Shown: positions 59,498 to 64,000 of the stretch, piece after piece
How positions within the stretch are numbered: position 1 is the first letter of the stretch
Layout of the letters: the number at the start of each line of letters is the position of its first letter
Origin: Puccinia triticina
Lineage: Eukaryota
Direction of reading: 5' to 3'
Assembly: GCA_026914245.1 (NCBI GenBank)
Contig: CP110440.1
Coordinates: 3,348,001 to 3,412,000, forward strand
Length of the DNA: 64,000 bases
Position numbers and translations under genes: made by a program
Notes under the pieces: generated by a model
What the model was told of the DNA's origin: nothing
The model's database searches: none
The model's input: the letters and a program-made list of their open reading frames with translations, nothing else

Positions 59498-61066
59498 TCA
59501 CCAAAGGCCTTTCAAAGGGAATTCAGAGTTGAACTCTGAGGATTTGATCCTGCCAAACCGGCTTGTCCAGCAGAGTTTTGCCAGAAAGAGTCATACATCT
59601 GAGATACTTTTGAAGCTTTTCCCAAATATTTGGGCTCTAGATCACTTCTGGGAGGCCCACAGATCTTGACAGGAAGTCATCCACTTCAAAGGTCACCCAA
59701 AGGAAAACCTTAAAAGTCCGTCCGGTTTGTACGCTCTGCAGGGAGAGGCTGGAGGATATGTGTTGGAGGAACAGCGGATGGGCCCACAGCAAGCCAGGGC
59801 GCAGGACCAGCGGCAACCCAGGTGTCAGAGATTGTGTGTTGCACAGCTGAGGCTCACAAAGTCCCTAGGATGAGCACCTGGGTATCCACTGGATGTTCCC
59901 AAGACCTCAGAAATTTGCATCTGCTGGCATTGGCGGGTACCTGTCAGCGGATACCTGCAGCCAGCGGGTTCAAAGCTACCATCTCTAACCTAATCCCTAG
60001 CCAGCTTCTCAGAATCTTTGTTACTGTTCAAACCAAGGGCAGAGAATTAGAGAGCACCAACAAGAAAGGCAAAAAATGAAGATTGTTGAAAGCATTGTCG
60101 ACGATTTTTAGTGGACCAAATCGTCCAAATTGGTGGTGATTTGGACCAGTGTCTGATAAGACGGGTGGACACCCCATCCCCCGAGAAATCATCAACACTG
60201 GATTCAAATTTTTGTCGTCCCTTTTACATCCCGTGCTGGGCACTCCATTTTCCCTCCTTGGTTAGAACAGCACCAATCGTTCCAAGAACTTAGCAAGAAA
60301 TTCAACCATTTCCCACACTTTCCACGATTTTCATTTTTCCATGTCCCATTGTCCGACCCCTTCCGTCACCCACATTCCCACCCCTCACATGTCGCAGCCA
60401 AGCCCAGTGCGCAGGCCGTCAGCGCGAAAAATGAGTGCCACAAACGGTAGACAAAAAGTGTCTACCTCTCATCGCACAAGAAAAAAAATAGCGCGGTCTC
60501 GAAAAAACCGCAGATCTTCCGCTGACAGGTCGGAGAGGACAAGAGTGAGTCGACCACGGCTCATCGGTGCAACCAGAGACACAGACGCCCAGCTGTCTCC
60601 ACCCACCGCCTCCACCCGCCCACACGGCCCGTCCCGGGCGTCCAGGACAGCCGAGTCTCCTGCGGGCCGGGTCCCGGAAGCTGGGGAGTTGTTGCACGAG
60701 TGGGGGGGGCACGAGGAAGGGCCGGACGGGGGCAGATACGACACGGATAAGACACGGATACGACACGGATAGACACGGGGATAGACAGGCGATAAACATT
60801 TGATAGACATTTGATAGACAGGCAATAGATGATAGACAGGCGATAGATGATGGATATTCGAGAGATGATGGATAGACAGCTGGTGGACTTCCCCCTCCAG
60901 GCCGACGCGGCCGACCTCACCAACGAGAAAGAGCAGACCCTATACACACAAACACACACACATATATATGGAAAAGAGACGAAAGCGGGGCGCCGCGGGA
61001 GTCGTCGGCCGCACGTCCCAGAGCCGCGAGAAGGAGAGAGCACAGAAGCGCGGATGGGAGGGGCAG

Positions 61067-63488
61067 CTAAGCAAGCGCCTGCTGAGCGTCCGGAGGGGCG
61101 CCAGCCTCGGTCCGAGCCCTCACCGACAGCCGTCCGCCGGGGTGAGGCGGGTTGTCGGGGAGGACGGCGGAGGGGTCGATGATGACGGCGCCGGTAGACG
61201 AGGGCGCGTTGTCGGAGGCGGCGACGGAGGGCGCGGGGCTGCCGGTATTGGTCCTGTCTCTCGCATCCCCACACATCAGTAAGCTCCAGAGCGAGAGAGG
61301 GGGGAGAGAGACGCACGAGATGGGCGGGCCGGGGGGCCGGCTTGGGGGCGGCTCTTTGGGCACCGGGTCTTCGGCTTCGGCTCCGAGATGGGTGGGGGAG
61401 GAGGAGGAGGGCAGGAGGGCGGTGGGGAGCAGCGGGAGGGGCGCGGGCAGGGCGGCCTTGGCCGGCTTGCGGGCCGGGCCGGTGCCGACGACGGCGACGG
61501 TGGAGGCGGGCGGGCGCGGCCTGGCGGGCAGGTCTGGCCCTTCGCCGTCCGAGGAGCCGCCGTGGTCGTCCGAGCGGGGACGGTCGACCGACGAGCCCAC
61601 CGAGCCGCTCAGCGGCTGCGGGCGCCCCGCCGGAGCAGCCCCCGTCGGGACAGCCCCCGCCGGAGCAGCGCCCGGCGGAGACGACAGGTGGGCGCGGTAC
61701 GTCGCCGCCATCTCGGCGGACATGACCATCGTGTGGGCCCGGTCGATGGCCGGCGGAGGGGCGGGGAGGACGACGGTGTGGTCGGGGTTGTCGGCCGCGG
61801 CTGCAACAAAGCCAGAGAGAGCGTCAGCATCCCCCCGAAACCAAGAGAGAGAGAGAGAGGGGACGGACAGTCGTCTGGGGGCGACGAGGCCACCTCGTCT
61901 GTCTCCACGTCCGCCTCCAGGTCCGCAAACGTCCGGCACAGCGGACAGCTGAAGCCCGGGTGATGCATCTGGAGCAGCGGGCGGATGCATTTGTAGTGGT
62001 AGGTGTGCGAGCAGGGCGCGATGAAGAGGGCCTGGCAGACGTTGACGCCGAAGAGACCTGTGTGGGCCCCCTTTGGTCAGCTTTCCTTGTGTGTGTGGGT
62101 GTGGAAGGGAGAAGGGAAGACGGACAGATGCAGCAGTCAGAGACCGGCTTCGGAAGGCCCTCGGCGCCCGCCTTGGTGCTCACGTCCTTGGCCGGCTGCC
62201 CGGAGGCCGGGGCGGAGGAGCCTTTGGCGCCGAGAGTGCGCAGCTGAGCCAATGCCTGCTGACTGTAGAGCCGAGGATGATCAGCAGGGTAGTGAAGAAG
62301 GGGGAGGGAGGTGGGGGGACGTACTTGAAGACGTTTGCCGAGCGCTGCCAGCCGCGGTTAAGCTCGACGCGCATCTTGACGCAGCGGTAGATCTCCTCGG
62401 TGCCGCCCTGGTAGTCGACGCCGAGCTGGAGGACGTCGCCGTCTCTGAGCGGGAACGCCCTGGACTCGGAGCCGGGGGGGGAGAGGCGGATGTGGTTGAG
62501 GAAGGTGCCGGAGGAGCTCTTGGTGTCTTTGATGAAGAAGGCGCCGGCGGGGTCGGCGAAGATGTCGGCGTGGCCGCGGGAGACCACCTTGGACTTGAAG
62601 GCGATCCGGGTATCGGTGGAGGCCGGGGCAAGCGGGCTGCCCCGGTCGGTGAACCGGCCGAGCTTGAGGACCAGCGAGGGCGTCAGCTTGCGCTCGATGG
62701 GCTCGAAGTGCAGCGAGCGGGTGGCGTCGAGATGGGGGACGAGGCGGAGCGAGAAGGCTTGTTCGGCCGGTGGTTCGGCCGGTGGATGCATGTGCTCGGC
62801 CGTCTGGCTGGGCTGCTGGCTGGGTGGTGCGTGGATGGCTGGTGCTGCTGCTGGTGCTGCTGCTGCTGCTGCTGGGGCCGGTGTTTCTGGGGCGGTGTTA
62901 GGCTGGGTGGTCCTGAGCCTGTCGGTGGCCGATCGGAGTACCCTGGGGATCGGCGGGGGCTGGCTGTTCGATCGGCTCGGGGGCTCTCCTGGGGCGTCTT
63001 GGGGGTGGGTGGATGAGCTGGCGGAGGGGGAGAGGATGGCGCTGAGCAGGGTGTTTTCTTTCTTCCTGGATTGGATCCTTCGCAGGCCAGGGAAGTATGG
63101 TTTTGGGATTGCTGCGGAGGAGGATCGTGGTGGATGCTGTTGTTCTTGTTGTTCTTGTTGACCGGATCGTTCTTGTTGACCGGATCGTTCTTGTTGGCCT
63201 GTTCGTTCTTGTTGACCTGTTCGTTCTTGTTGACCGCTTCGATCGGTTCGTTCTGTTCGTTCGGTTCGTGCTTGTTGGGTTCGTGGGTGTGGCTGGGGTG
63301 ATGTGGGTGGGCTTGGTCCGAGTGAGAACTGCATCAAGTTCTCGAGTGGGCTGGGGTGTGTGGTTGTGGCCGTGGCAGTGGCAGTGGGTTGCTGGGTGTT
63401 GATGTTGAGTGGCTGTTTCTTGCGTGTTCGGCTGATGAGGTTGTTGAAGGAGAGGGTGAATCGTGAGTTGTTGGTGTTGTTGTAGGGG

Positions 63489-63533
<45 letters not shown>

Positions 63534-63649
63534 TGGGTTTGGGGTTGGTTGTTTTGTTGGTTCTGGTTGGATTCGCTTGAGGATGCTGATGAGTCTGCGC
63601 TGACCAGTGCGAGTGTCGATCGGTTGTGGAAGAGCGAGGAGAGGGTCAT
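61067..63649 (-). CDS. DMA1: FHA-RING E3 ubiquitin ligase, Dma1/Dma2 (Chfr-related) family
   Basis: FHA: LKLGRFTDR..FKSKVVSRGHA..IKDTKSSSGTFLNHIRL..DGDVLQLGVDYQGGTEEIYRCVKMRVELN. RING: DCCICL..CQALFIAPCSHTYHYKCIRPLL..FSCPLCRTFADLEADVE. Introns near 62250-62322 and 62058-62124, possibly ~61255-61316. Confidence 0.93.
63488..63532 (-). repeat. (AAC)15 microsatellite encoding poly-Asn in DMA1
   Basis: Perfect GTT run on the plus strand. An 18-bp repeat encoding QQER(T/S)G lies at ~63145-63240. Confidence 0.95.
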
Positions 63650-64000
63650 CTTCACCCAGCACAGCAGCGTGCTCCTGCTTGGCTATAAAATAGTGTCTGA
63701 GCGGACACCCAGGGCGGGGAAGAAGGGGGAGAAGGCCTTTAAGCCATCCCCACTCTCCCACACACGACAAACAGCCACCCCACACTCTATTTACAGTACA
63801 AATCAACACATACAGCCCAACACGCCACCTCGCCGGAGGAGCAGAATACACCAGAAACACCCCCTCGAAGCCAGGAACACCAAAGAACGGATCCGGGCTC
63901 ACGTGTCTCGTCGGATACGACAGAGACCACGAGTCACTGGGCAAGCCAATCATTGGGGAAGCTTGGACGAACTCCCATTCCGCCATGCCCACTGATTACA

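Noticed and set aside
61152..63995. Long plus-strand and alternative-frame ORFs (266-364 aa)
   Set aside because: Shadow ORFs of the GC-rich DMA1 coding sequence.

Overview
Repeat-dense eukaryotic genomic DNA with short spliceosomal introns. Gene content and TE landscape suggest a rust fungus (Pucciniales, probably Puccinia); this is inferred, not shown. Host genes are MCM4 (two MluI/MCB boxes upstream), a small Cys-rich secreted effector candidate, methylthioribulose-1-phosphate dehydratase (MDE1/APIP), a degenerate secreted-type gene and an FHA-RING E3 ligase (Dma1-like). Most of the rest is nested TEs: hAT elements and MITEs (some with 7-bp TSDs), a Harbinger transposase relic, CACTG elements, Copia and Gypsy elements with solo LTRs, and a palindromic 28/22-bp minisatellite. 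The most notable locus is a ~4.4-kb non-autonomous Helitron (35456-39877). It carries an apparently intact, spliced 238-aa Ure2/YfcG-type glutathione S-transferase and a decayed beta-rich gene. It also hosts a fold-back TRIM whose LTRs contain a tRNA-like Pol III unit and whose PBS, PPT and LTR start match the Copia element at 49422-55810. Coordinates were counted by hand and may be off by a few bases.
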